A stretch of 64,000 bases of DNA. It comes from the human T2T-CHM13v2.0 reference genome, Homo sapiens. The notes under the pieces are model-generated. The model ran no database searches. It was not told the origin of the DNA and saw nothing but the letters and a program-made list of their open reading frames with translations. Made by a program: the position numbers and the translations under genes. Positions 1 through 15,605 of the stretch are shown one piece after another. Where the stretch lies: the NCBI RefSeq assembly GCF_009914755.1, contig NC_060925.1; one strand, given 5' to 3'. The first letter of the stretch is position 1. Each line of letters starts with the position of its first letter.

Positions 1-59
1 CATATTGGATATATTAGCTTCCTATGGTTTTTAATAATAAAATCCAAACTCCTTAACAA

Positions 60-378
60 ATTCTGCCAAAACAGATCCATCCTCATCTCTCTAGTGTCAT
101 CTCTCACCATACTCTGGCCCTTTCACTTCACATAGCTTTTGAGTAACTCCTCTCCTCATCATTCAGGACTTAAATTGCATGGCAATTTCTCTAAGAGCCC
201 TTCTCTGAATTTCCCAAGTGCCCTTGCTATGGGCTTCCATAGTAACCATCCTATATTTCCCTTAACACACTGAACTATAATTAACTGTTTACCTGCCTTC
301 TACACTCAAATGTGAGGACATCAAAAACAGTGCTAGACAAATAACATACAGTCAAAAATCATTCAATGAATGAATGAG
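60..378 (+). mobile_element. L2 (LINE2) 3' fragment
   Basis: Degenerate L2-like sequence ending in ATGAATGAATGA. Confidence 0.55.
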
Positions 379-1526
379 TCTGGAGACTTTATTCCCATAT
401 AAGATGATCTTAACCAATGTTTATTTCATTTATTTATTTCTTTGGTTAATAATCCTTCCATAATGCCCCAGCTTTAGAAAATAATTTTAGTGGAACTAAA
501 ATAAAAATGATAACAATTATATATTACATTTAACTACAATGAATGCTTGAGCCAAATCATGATATTAATAAGCAGCTGTGTGATTGAGGCCTATAGATTT
601 GTTTATTCATGTGTAAAAACTAGTAAGTTAAGCTTAAAATTTTTTTCCCTACAAATTTCAGTTAGGCTTTACCCCAGGGAATGGTGGACTTCATTTGTCT
701 CTGGCCATAGGATATATTAGCAAATCATAGGTGAATGGGTTGTACGGTGAAGGGGATTCTCTTACTTGTGAAAGAAGTAAACCTAGGAATGATGGAGTCA
801 CTAGGGGAAAACATGTACTATATCTCACGTAAGACAATAACAGGGTGCTAATTACTTAATCACTGAGTGTGAGTAAAAGAAAAACAATGGACTCATTTAT
901 AAGCCCTATCAGGATTTATAAAATGTGGTATTTATAAACAGCATTCAACTAATTTAATTTCTCTAAAATCAATTATAAGCCTTAAAATTTTTTAGTTAAT
1001 AAGGTTCCAATTTATACCTGAAATTAATATTGTTATTATACTTTTTATCTCATCAGTGTAACCAGTGATTTTAATAATAAGAAAAAGTTGATGCAGGTTA
1101 TTGGGCTTCAAGTGGAAATAGAAAATGTGGGTAGTAAAATACAGGTAATATTCAAGTGAAATAATGAAATTAAGTCAAATCATGTGTAGATAGCAGAAAT
1201 AGCTAACTTAATACAAGCTGACTGGTTTACATGATATAGAATGTAAATTTCATGAGAACAGGGGTCTTTGTTTTGTCAATGTCTAATTATAAAGTACCTA
1301 GAATGTACCTAATACTTATTTGTTAAGTAAATATTAAAATATTATTCTGTAGAAAATTAAGTCTATTTAAAATTCATAAGAATATATGGGAATTGATAAA
1401 GGTAAATTCCCTTTAAAAAAACAATGGATAGGTACGTAATGGTAGTCATTAAAAACACCTTCAACATTATTTATATGTACAAGGTACTCTTTACGAAAAG
1501 CCAAACGTTTTAAACATTCTATTGCT

Positions 1527-1812
1527 GTTTTTTGAGATAGGATCTTGCTCTGTTGCCCAGGCTGTGGTGCAGTGCCATGATCATGGCTCACTGTAACTCT
1601 GAACTCATGAGCTCCAGTGATCCTCCGATTTCAGCCTCTCAAATAACTGGGACTATAGGCATGTGCCACCATGCCCAGCCAATTTTTTTTTTTTTTTTTT
1701 TTAATCTCGCTTTGTGGCTCAGGCTGGTCTTCAAGTCCTAGGCTCAAATGATCCGCCTGCCTTGGCCTCCCAAAGTGCTAGGATTACCAGGCATGAGCCA
1801 CTGCACCCAGAC
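1527..1812 (-). mobile_element. Alu (old, AluJ-like)
   Basis: Diverged Alu reverse complement with an expanded central T-run. Confidence 0.9.
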
Positions 1813-2162
1813 TCAGCTATTTTTTCACTAAGGCAGCATGCCTCATATGCCAATCAAATATGGAGGGGTCTGTCAATACATTTCACTCATACTCTTTGGG
1901 GAAAGTAAAGATCTAATTAAGAGAAAAGATCAAGGTACAAAAGTAGATAAAATATGATCAAGTTTGTATAGACGGTTGAGAAATGAACCCAGAGTGGGGA
2001 AACACACCCACTATTAGATATAATAAATATTTTTCTGGAATATTCATATTTTTTAACCATGTTGATGTATTACTTTTGCTAAAAAGCTACACATTTTAAA
2101 ATAAATAGAAAAATGGGACAAGACGGTGCAGAATACATTACTTTTAACATAAGGAATTTTAA

Positions 2163-2523
<361 letters not shown>

Positions 2524-3160
2524 ACCTTTAAGAAATTTTTAAGATACAGGCTCAAGATAAAAAGAAAGCTCTTTCTGTTTCTTAACATGCCAAGTAAAAT
2601 TTACCTATATAGGCCAACTTTCTACATTTCCTTCTGAATTTCTCAATTTTTCTAGAAGATGATGCGAACTTCGTTTACAGTAACTTAAAACAGATTATTT
2701 TAAGTTAAATAGACTGTTTTTAAGAATACTTTAATTTTCAAATGGTGCTTTTCAAATTGTTTTTGAAAAAATTTAATGGCTTCTTGGTACTCATCAAATG
2801 CTGATAAAATATATTATTTCAATATATAAGCAATATAGAATTATATTTGTGTGGAATATTACAATTCACAAACCATGTTCAAATACTGTTTCATTACATT
2901 TTAAATTTTAATTATAGGAATCAGAAATAAGCAATAGCAGCATGGATTTCTGAAGTACTGTTGAATAAAATCTGTAAGTCTATTTATGTTTTGAATTACT
3001 AATAAATTTAAAGTTATAAAGTAGTACTGGATAGATATTTACTTTGGGACAAATTTTTCCAAAGGTAAACATATTCATTCTGATGATACATTTTTAACCT
3101 TGAGAAAAAGCAAAAAGCAAAGTGAGGTGATATTAAAGTTAAAGCTATATGTACATGTAC

Positions 3161-3249
3161 CTGATCTTTCCAGCTGTCTTATCTATAGATTGTCTTATCT
3201 TCTTAGAGAACTGAAAGACGGATGACAGCAGCAGATTATCTCCCATGAC
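3161..3249 (-). CDS. CEP170: CEP170 coding exon (~exon 17), 89 nt
   Basis: Acceptor GGCTGTTTCAG|GTC, donor CAG|GTACAT. Encodes [29 protein letters not shown](R). Confidence 0.94.
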
Positions 3250-3632
3250 CTGAAACAGCCAAAGAAAAAAGTAGATATTAAAATATTACCCCTGTATTGT
3301 ATAACTACTGAGATCACTAGTCACAAGTCACTATAGTTAGGGGCAGTTAGTATTTATGCTTATTTTAATTATAAACCAGTGAAGAATATAATTAATATGT
3401 AACTAAAATGAGAAAGTGAAAGAAACACTATTAACAAAGGAGTTCTTATTATTAAATAACTTGTCAAAGTTTCCGTATTATTTTGGTCATATCAGTTTCC
3501 AAACACAATCCATTTTATCCTCAGTTTATCTTCAATTAATATTGTGATCCTGTCTCTCTTACTTCCAACTGAATTATAAAAGAGAAGATACAAATAACTT
3601 AGAGTACTAAATTTATTATTTATTCTTTCACC

Positions 3633-4070
3633 AAGTAATGTGAATACAGAAATCAAGAAGAGTACAATCCTTGTTCTCCAGCAAAGAGTCTAGTGGGAAA
3701 GATACATTTTGAAAAATTTACGCAAAATAGTAAGTTTTTATACTGGGTGTTGGTATTACTCCAGTTGAGATGCGTGGGCAAAACCAGGGGTCACCAATCT
3801 CTGTAAAGAGCCAGAGGGTGAAGGTTTTGGTCTTTGAGGGACACAGGGTCTAAGTAATGTGAATACAGAAATCAAGAAGAGTACAATCCTTGTTCTTCAG
3901 CAAAGAGTCTAGTGGGAAACACACATTTTGAAAAATTTACACAAAATAGTAAGTTTTTGTACTGAGTGTTGGTATTACCCCAGTTGAGATGCATGGGCAA
4001 AACCAGGGGTCACCAACCTCTGTAAAGAGCCAGAGGGTGAAGGTTTTAGTCTTTGAGGGACATAGGGTCT
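3633..4070 (+). repeat. Tandem duplication, 2 x 219 bp, ~95% identical
   Basis: AAGTAATGTGAATACAG...AGGGTCT at 3633-3851 and 3852-4070; about 11 substitutions, no indels. Confidence 0.97.
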
Positions 4071-4223
4071 CTGCCACAATTCCTCAACTCTGCCTTTGCA
4101 GAGTGAAAGCAGCCATAAATAATGAGCAAATTATGCATGTGGACATAGCCGTGTTGTAACAAAACTTTTACAAAACAAGTGACAGGTTGGATTTGGCCTA
4201 TGGGCTGAAGTTTGCCAAGCCCT
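4004..4223 (+). mobile_element. MER58A (hAT-Charlie MITE); its 5' part is also duplicated at 3785-3851
   Basis: CAGGGGTC...TGTAAAGAGCCAG...CTCAACTCTGCC...GAAAGCAGCCATA...AGTTTGCCAAGCCCT. Confidence 0.8.
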
Positions 4224-4512
4224 AGGCCAAATCATGAAAGGCAAAGCTAACGAAGCATGGTAGAAAAAGGTCAAAACTTGAGTCTAGCTGTGGGTTTCAA
4301 AATGAACTCCTTATATTGTCAGTACTATATCCAGAGCCTGAAAGAAAACAGAAAATAAGGCCCTAGAAGGCAAAAAGGTTTAAAGACCACTGGGAGAGGT
4401 GACGGTAATATACAGGGAATACGATTACATGTTTTATCATAAAGCCTAAGGCCTACAAAACAAGAGACGTTCACATAAATTTTGGGACTCAGTGCTGCAA
4501 GAATTCTAATGA

Positions 4513-4866
<354 letters not shown>

Positions 4867-5599
4867 TCATGGAAAAACGTGAACTAACTTCAGAATGACA
4901 AGGATTTGAATTTAGTGGGTAATAAAAGTTTATTTAGGTTGTGAAAAATAACATTGTCAAGGAAAGGATAAATAAGCAAAATGGTTTTTGTGGGCCTTAA
5001 GAAAACAATCAAATAAGGATGGAAGACATATACAAATTAGGAAGGCATGAGAAAGGGCAGGAGAGTCTAAGGAAACATTGCAACACAGAATAGGATATTT
5101 CTCTTTTCTTTGCTCATGAAGTTTAGTTTGTTGTCACAAAGTATTAAATAAATTCCTGATATCAACCTTGAGATAACTATCAATCTAGATGTTTCCATTC
5201 TCTTTAAAAACATACACTTCTTCCACATAGTTTTTTATTATGTTTGGAGAAATTTGTCTTCCTAGACATCGGGACAGAATGATTATGAGTAAGTTTAGAG
5301 AATAGGCTCTTTTCCTGATACCAAGAACAAATCAACTATTAGGCCAGGACAGATCAAGTATGCTGTAAAACGTTTTAGTATACTTCAGTTGTAACTTTCG
5401 GGCTAGTTGCATACTTTTCTACCAGGTAGATCTTTTTCTACTCAGTACCATGAGAAACATACATATTCTTACATAATAATCTCAAGATCTTATTCCTAAA
5501 TCCAGGGATCCACAGATATTAATCTATGATCAATCTCTTCTGGTCAACTGTTTCTTTCTACATTATTCCTCTACCCAGCCCTTAAGCCTATACCACCTC

Positions 5600-6935
<1,336 letters not shown>

Positions 6936-6954
6936 AAATTTATAGTTTACTTAC

Positions 6955-7125
6955 TTCATCCCTGCTCCAGGTTCTCCGCCTTGTAATTGTTAAGTGATCG
7001 GGAGGCTCTGCTGCTTGAGGTCTTGGATCACCAGATCGACCGTTGTTTCCTTCTGGTGTTTTGGAATGAACTAATGGAGGAATCTTTCGGAAGTTGAGGC
7101 TTTCATCAAAAACACGATCAACCAA
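6955..7125 (-). CDS. CEP170: CEP170 coding exon (~exon 16), 171 nt
   Basis: Acceptor TTCGTCCCATTAG|TTG, donor GAA|GTAAGT. Encodes [12 protein letters not shown]...RRTWSRDE. Confidence 0.95.
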
Positions 7126-8252
7126 CTAATGGGACGAAAGCAAACCTTTATGAGAACACAGTAATTTGAAAAAGTACCAATATTGGCATTACAATTTTTA
7201 TGATTAGACAGAAGTTATTCCATTCTCAAGTAGTAACAGAGGCACAACATCTTCAATAAACCAATTACTCTTTCTTTTTATAAGCACTTCAAATGTATTT
7301 CCTTTATAAAATCGAGATTCATCTACACAGGTTTTATTTTCAAAATCCAAAATATATAACTATGTTAAATTTAATTCTTCCATGGATAAGATTTTCTCCA
7401 AATGGAAAACAGATGGTAAATAGAAAAAAAGCTGAGCCATGTAGATGGACAATGAGTTCATTTTACTCACATTGCCTTACCAGTGTAAAATAATGTTTCT
7501 TTTTCTTTTAGTTTCCTATCTTGTTTTTTCCTCCCCAAATCCAGGTGTCAAATTTCTTCACAAGATACATAAATTGCAAATTCCAATTAAGTTTACAAAA
7601 GGAAAATATTTTTTAATCCACAAAATAAATATTTTGATCTTAGTCAAATAAACTTTTAACAATGCTATAGAAGTTACACATTCTAATAGAAATGATATAC
7701 TGCCATCTATAGTGCAAATCACAGACATACAATACTAAGTAACTCGGGTTTACTGAAGAGGGACTCAACCTAGTACAATATTCTGAAATAAAACAAAAAG
7801 AAAATAAAGTTTATTCAATGAAATGTTTAAGTAATTTTACTGGGTCTGAGTGAATGTATAATCATGTTAGGTAAAATTTAGTTAGAAAGCTGAGAAAATA
7901 ATATCTTCAACATTTTAAATGTACCAGAAGAATTGTGTATGTCTTGCCACCAGGACGATCCTTAAGGTTTTCATCAATAAGGATGATTTCATTTACAGTT
8001 ACATTTGATCAATGTGGTAACAAAACTCTACACAGATTGATGAAGTATCATTTATTAAGTTAAACAACACATTGAAGGAAAACAAACAAAAAAGTGACCA
8101 TTAAAGAATCAGATTAAAGAATGTGACAAAAAGCAAATGAAGAAAATATTATTAGCACAGTTTACCACAATTAAATTTGTCAAAAAGGCTAGCCATTTTT
8201 GCCTACTATTTAGGATTATCTTGTAAAATTGAAGAAGCAGAATAATCAATAC

Positions 8253-8564
8253 CAGGGGCTGGCAAACTTTTATTTATAAAGAGACAGATAATAAAACCTC
8301 AGGCTTTGCAGCCATACAATCTCTGTCTCAACTACTCAGTTCTGCCCCTGTAGCAAAGAAACAGCCATAGATGATAGTTAAATAAGTGTGGCTGTGTTCT
8401 AATAAAACTTTATTTATGAATACCAAAATTTGAATTTCATGTAATTTTCATGTTGCGAATTAGTATTCTTTAGATGTTTTTTCCTGCCATTCAAAAATGT
8501 AAAAACCATTCCTAGTTCTTTGGTCTGTATTAAAACTGGCAGCAAGGCCAGTTTGCCAACCTCC
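8253..8564 (+). mobile_element. MER58B (hAT-Charlie)
   Basis: CAGGGGCTGGCAAACT...AATAAAACTTTATTTATG...AGTTTGCCAACCTCC terminal inverted repeats (TIRs). Confidence 0.8.
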
Positions 8565-9333
8565 AAACACAGAAGTTCATTCTTTTAAATGCCAATCCTT
8601 TGCTTACATTTCTGCCCCAAATCAAAGCAGCCAACATGGCCAAAGAGTACCATTAATTTTGTATTACATGTTAAAGGTGCTGTCTGGAGCAATGTTATGC
8701 AAATGGTGCCTCCTGGAGTTATACTGTAAGAGGCCCTGATATTGGATGGGTAATAGTCTATACATGGTAACTTGCATTCCAGACTTTATGAAAATGTTCT
8801 GAATATGTATTTATATGTGTGTATATTACATATGTATTTCAATTTTTCAAAATATCTTTATGTGTATGTGTTTGTATTTATCAACAGAATTATTAAAGCA
8901 GTGAAACTGTAGGATTTTTCTCTTTGTTATCAGAGTATCTTCTAGTTAACTAGTGATAAAAATATTTTTAATTGGAGCATTTTCATAGTCAAACTTTATA
9001 GAAACTTTATACCATCATTTATCAAATTTTGGGTTGCTTTTCAAAATACCATTTATATTCATGTTTCAAGTGAAGCTATGGACCAAGAATTAGCAGGCAA
9101 AATGCTGTTTCTAAAGAATTTTCCAGCTTCGTGTTAATAGTAGACCAAATGTTAGCCTTCACTAGTTTTGTTACAAAAACATAAAATAAACTGTTAAAGC
9201 AAAGTTGGAAAATGCAGAGCTTCATGCAAACAGGGAGGGTGGACATAACTGAAATAAACTAAGCAAAAAGCTAAAAGCAAAAGAAATAAAGAAAAGAAAG
9301 AACCTTATGCATTTCTCCATGAAGATCTCCTAC

Positions 9334-9481
9334 CTCTTCTCTAGTGTCTATGGCAGAGCCAGGGGTGGTGGCAGCAGTGCTTACTGTGGTACTAGGGGCA
9401 GTGCCTGATGAAGTCACTGAATCTATCTCTCCTGCTACATCGTTGATCTCCCGAGCAATGAGAGCAAGATCTTGGCTGATC
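9334..9481 (-). CDS. CEP170: CEP170 coding exon (~exon 15), 148 nt; alternative donor extends it to 9304
   Basis: Acceptor ATTACCAG|G, donor GAG|GTAGGA. Encodes [22 protein letters not shown]...AIDTREE. Confidence 0.95.
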
Positions 9482-9775
9482 CTGGTAATAATTTTAGAAA
9501 AGAAGTTTAATCCCTTTTAAATAAACAGCTCTAAAAACAATCATTTATGAGATAATCAGTCATGTAAGTTGTATATCTAATTAAATATTTGTACCCCAAA
9601 TTAACTATTAACTATTTTGATAATCAGTCTTAAACCTTAATTCCAAAATTAAGATTAATGAAACTAAACTCCAAATAACCTACAAGATATCACCTTGAAA
9701 AATGTACTTTAAAAGCCCTTGAGTAGAGCTATGCCCTTAACACACACTGTGTTAATGACTAGCATTAATACATCA

Positions 9776-10228
9776 CAGGGGTCTTAAACTTGGGGAATAA
9801 TGGATAGAATTCAAGCAGTTCATGAACTTAAATGAGAAAAAACAATTACAATGTATTCACTAACCTCTAAGTGACGCTTAGCATTTCTTTCAATTATAAA
9901 TACAGGCAACAAATCACAGTGGTATTAGCAATACTGGTGATTTTTGTCATCAATAGAGATCACATTACAGTTGCTACGGGTATATTTAAACATCATTTAT
10001 GGTCATCACTGCTTCAAAACTACTGAAGTCATTAAACACACAATAATAACATTTTATTTAATGTTAATAAAGAACCATAAATTACTCTTACTTTCAAATA
10101 TTTTGATAACTGAATTTCAATATAATTGGATTTCTTTGTAATTCTTTTATGTTTACACCTGAGAAGGGCCCTACAAGCTTCACAAAATGGGCAAAGGGGT
10201 CTACAGTACCAAGAAATTAAGAACCCTG
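9776..10228 (+). mobile_element. Charlie4a-like hAT DNA transposon
   Basis: TIRs CAGGGGTCTTAA...TTAAGAACCCTG; internal sequence matches the consensus as I recall it. Confidence 0.72.
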
Positions 10229-10771
10229 CACTCTTTCGTAGAGCACTTTACACTATGCACAGCACTTTCTAGTACATGTTATGTCACTTGAGGCCCACAA
10301 AGTTCTTTTGAGGTAGGATTCATCTGACTTTATCACAATCTCAGAGAACCTGAATGGCTTGCTCATGATCACACCTTTAGATGTAGCTAAGGCAGGACTG
10401 GATCCAAGCTTTAGTACTCATTTCCATAAAGCCATTTGCATTTTTACCTACATGGACTGAAGAACTAAATAACTGTTACCTGTGATAATCAAAGGTGAAA
10501 ATAGAGATTTTTCTTTTAGAGTTTTTTTTAAGAGGGACAAACTTACAAAACCTACCACTGATATTCTTGTTTTTTGAGAAACATTTCATTTCAATAAGAC
10601 ATTAACGTTTTCCAAGCTGCATCTACTGCCCATAAACTCGATGTGGCTATTTCCACAGGGAAGGTTTTGGAATGACAGAATATTATTAAAAGTATATATG
10701 AAAGTTTCTGCAACTTCAAAATCCAAAGGAAATACAAAGTAACTTAAAAAGAAAAAAAAAAAAAAGAGCCT

Positions 10772-10875
10772 AGGAGGTCTGGTTATATTGCCCAGGCTGG
10801 TCTCGAACTCCTGAGTTCAAGCAATCCTCCGACTCAGCCTCCCAAATAGCTAAGATTACAGACACATGCCTGGCT
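10772..10875 (-). mobile_element. FLAM/Alu left monomer
   Basis: TTGCCCAGGCTGGTCTCGAACTCCTGAG...CCTGGC. Confidence 0.8.
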
Positions 10876-11039
10876 TAAAGTAACATTTTTTAAACTTATG
10901 CAAAATGTGAGTTTGAAAGACTTTCAAGCACATTAGTAATTACATAAAAATTTAGATTTAAAAAGGGAACTAAGTTGAAGTTTATGGACCAACAGAACCA
11001 ATTTATGGTCAATATATAAACTTTGTAAAAACGTCAGTT

Positions 11040-11410
11040 AATTCCTCATTTATTTATCAACACAAAGAGGCAGGAAAAACACCAACAAATATTTACTGAT
11101 TGCTTATGATGTGCCAGGCACTGTGCTAAGTCCTAAAGACTACAGCAATGAAGAAGCAGACAGGGTCCTTGTCCCCATGAAGCTTAGAATACACAGAAGG
11201 CACCATTATAATATGATGAGTACATTATAAAGCAGCTTCATAGTCCTCAACTCATTTAATTCCCACAACCACTCTGTAAGAGAAGTATTAATCATCTTGT
11301 TCTACAGATGAGGAAAATGAGGCACAGGAGAAGACATGCGACCATTTTTTTGGCCAAGGTCACACATAGTTAAGTGCCATAACTAGATCTTTTCACTATG
11401 TCATGCTACA
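11040..11410 (-). mobile_element. Adjacent L2 and MIR fragments
   Basis: ATATTTACTGA...TGTGCCAGGCACTGTGCTAAG (L2); ACAGATGAGGAAAATGAGGCAC...CAAGGTCACACA (MIR core). Confidence 0.7.
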
Positions 11411-12287
11411 TCTCACATGATTGCTCCATATATAATTTTTTAAAACATATTAACTGTTGATGTGATTCTTTTGAAATGTGTTTAAAGTGTTCCCTTATAT
11501 AATATAGCAAATCCTTGCAATTCCCCAAAATAAATGAACTAGAATAAGAAACAGAATAACCAAGCTTAATGAGATAAAATACAGATAAGCATCATTGTAT
11601 CCAAAACTCTATTTTTCATTAAGGATTTTTTATGCAGACGATCTGTACAATGAAGTTTCTAATATTTGTGGAAAACAGTATAAATTAATTAGAAAAAACA
11701 TGGACAACAGCAATCTCCACATGTGATATAGTAAAATATGTATTAAAATGAGCAATTCTTAACGTATATACAACATATATTGTTGATTTGAAAACCTAAT
11801 AGATATTTTCACATTTAATTCCATTTTATTACAAAATATGGATAAGAAAATAGTGCTGAAGGAACAAAACAGAAGGGTTCAGTTCTCTAGCATTAGTCCT
11901 AGTCTTTATGTTTTCCCAAGTGTCAGAACCACTGACTCAATTTCAACAATTCTGTAGAAATAAGTATGCATTACTTAAGAAAAAATGGTGAGATAACATG
12001 AGAAATGTACTTTAAGTCATAAAGTTTATAATTTTCCTATGTAAATTATCTCAGTCATAACACTTTTTTTTCACTGAAGGGTTGTATACTGGAAAAAATA
12101 ATTGTACATTTGGGTATATTGGAAGATTAAAGGATATATTAAAAATTAGAGTTCTAGTTATGTGTATACCCAATTAAACACACAATCTTTGCAAGATTAT
12201 ATATTATTACAACTATAGTAGAAACAAACTATCAGACTTCATTGATTTAAACTGCCAACAAAACATTGTTTTAAATTAGCTATTTAA

Positions 12288-12590
<303 letters not shown>

Positions 12591-13061
12591 AAAAATTTGC
12601 CCTATTTTTTGATAGCACATTCATTTTCAAACGTTTTTACATGTAAAACTTTCCAGAGGATACACACATGAACCTCTGGAATTAAGTTTCCTTTGATATT
12701 ACTGGAAAAAAGCAACTGGTGGGCTATTAATGAAGTATACTAGCTTTAGAATCCTAAAACCAAAGCTTATGACCGCAAGTCAAACCTCCTGTTACTTTAA
12801 CATGGGCTAAGAGATCATAACTGTAATGACTCAGCTTTCAAGAAATAATTTAGTCTAGTTTGTAAATGACCAGAAGTGTTAAAATGTAAAATGAGTTTAA
12901 GGAGAGACATTTAAGGGTCATTCCAGAAAAGCTCATGGTTTCCACACTATCTAGAAGAGTTTAGTAAGCAAAAAAAGTTTTGTAAGAGGAAAGAGGGGAT
13001 ATCAAATGAAAGGTACTCAGGAAAACTGGAAAAAGAAAATATAAGGAAAAAAAAGTCTAAC

Positions 13062-13170
13062 GTCAATTATTCTAAGTGAAGTAATTCAGGAATGGAAAAT
13101 CAAACACCACATGTTCTCACTTGTAAGTGGGAGCTAAGCTGTGAGGATGTAAAGGTGTAAGAATGATATG
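13062..13170 (+). mobile_element. Short L1 (L1MA-type) 3' fragment
   Basis: AAGTGAAGTAATTCAGGAATGGAAA...ATGTTCTCACTTGTAAGTGGGAGCTAAGCT. Confidence 0.75.
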
Positions 13171-13910
13171 AATTAGCTTTTAATCCTTGTATAAATTATG
13201 AACTCGTTTGGAACACAGGCTCTGTGTTTTAGGTTTATTTGCCTCCCCAATGGTGACAAATATGGTCAGCGATTCATAAAAAAGTATGATTTATAATAGG
13301 ATGCACCAGGGAGACTTTTAATCTGAACAGAGGTCACGGGAATGAGATTCGCGAAGAACGCAGAAGAGATTAGCGACCCCTCTCCTTCCCAATTCCTTCT
13401 AATGGTATAAAAGCCAGTCAGCCAAATAATGAAGAGCCATATTATTTTTAAAGAGTCAAGGATCCTGTATCAGGCCCCAAAATTTCAAAGGCAGGTATAA
13501 AGTAAAAATTCATAAGCATGTGGCTAAAAAATGTTTTTTATTTCCATGGGTAAAAACAAATTTTGTTTCATTAAGTATTTGGTTTAGCTTGTATTTTTCC
13601 TTCTAAGTGATTACTCACTCATGCTCTCCCCTGCACCTCAAATAGAACAAGTATAGTGGTTCAAGGTTTACAAGGCATGGGAAGAAAAAAAAAAAAAAAC
13701 CCGAGATATTAGCAAATTAACTTCACTTCATTTAAAATTCTCATTGCTTATACAATGCAGGAAAAAGTACACTTGTAAGAGACCCTATACTAGCACACAG
13801 AGGCGGTAAGAAGTCAAGTTAAAAAGTACACGAATGCAGGCACCAACGGGACTTATATAACAGCACATGTAAGGTTTTTACTTTGTGCATGAGCAAAAAG
13901 TTTAGATGTT

Positions 13911-14005
13911 CCCTAACCAGTGAAGACCAATTGTGAATCCCCCCTAACCAGTAAAGACCAATTGTGAATCCCCCCTAACCAGTAAAGACCAATTGTGAAT
14001 CCCCC
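13911..14005 (+). repeat. Minisatellite, 3 x 31 bp
   Basis: Unit CCCTAACCAGT(A/G)AAGACCAATTGTGAATCCC, head-to-tail, one mismatch. Confidence 0.97.
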
Positions 14006-14915
14006 ATCTAGAGGCACTCCAGATGGAATGCTCAGTATCATTGGCTACGAAGCATGAATGCTTAGCAAAGTCAAATACATACTTGGAAATGCTATCTCCA
14101 AATAAAAGACAGTATTCTTATTACTACACTGCCTACAAATAAAAATACAGTATTTTTATTAGTATATAAAAAAGTACCCAGATGTGGCTTTAATGTGATA
14201 AGGCTATAATTTTAAAAAATGTACATGCCTTGTAAATACTTGTAACTACATTTTCCCCTGAAGCCTTTTCCTGGTTTTGGCCCATTATTCAAGATTATTT
14301 TTCTCAGCTGTTAAAAGCAATGAACATAACCACATTTATGCTATTCTGCCACTTAACTGGATATCTTCTTTCTTTTTTATTAGACAGCACATAATTTTAA
14401 TACAGCCTTTGGCTTGTTGTGAAGCCACATCTCATCTTCAGTTCTTCTTGACATGCCTTTCATACAGATGTGTTACCACTGTAAACAGCTCAAGCAGATC
14501 TTAAGAAATTCACTTAAGGTTTCCTAGAAATGTGATTCACATGAGTTCTGTATCTTAAACCATGACTTTCAAAATGAGGTAAAATATTGTATAATGAAAT
14601 CAACATATGCAGGTGTGAATATAAACAAGCAATACTGACTTCCATATATGGATCCTTGAAATGTTTCATTACTGGATGACTGTATCTTATACAGTGAATA
14701 ATGCTATTATGATAAAACAGAAATACAATTTCTCACATCCTAATTTTTTTCCCAAAAAAATTAACTGTAGCTAGGTAAAAATGGGGCTAAGACAAGGAAC
14801 TTCTACGTAAAAATTTTTAGAGTTTGACTTAAAAATTTTCAATTTGGAATCTTAAGCATTTAAACTATTCAGGGCCTACTGATAACGAGCTAGGTATCTT
14901 TTAAAAAACAAAAGA

Positions 14916-15269
<354 letters not shown>

Positions 15270-15280
15270 TCATTTATTCA

Positions 15281-15605
<325 letters not shown>

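Noticed and set aside
13911-14005. 31-bp direct repeats of CRISPR-like length
   Set aside because: The units are contiguous with no spacers, there are no cas genes, and the context is a mammalian intron; this is a minisatellite.
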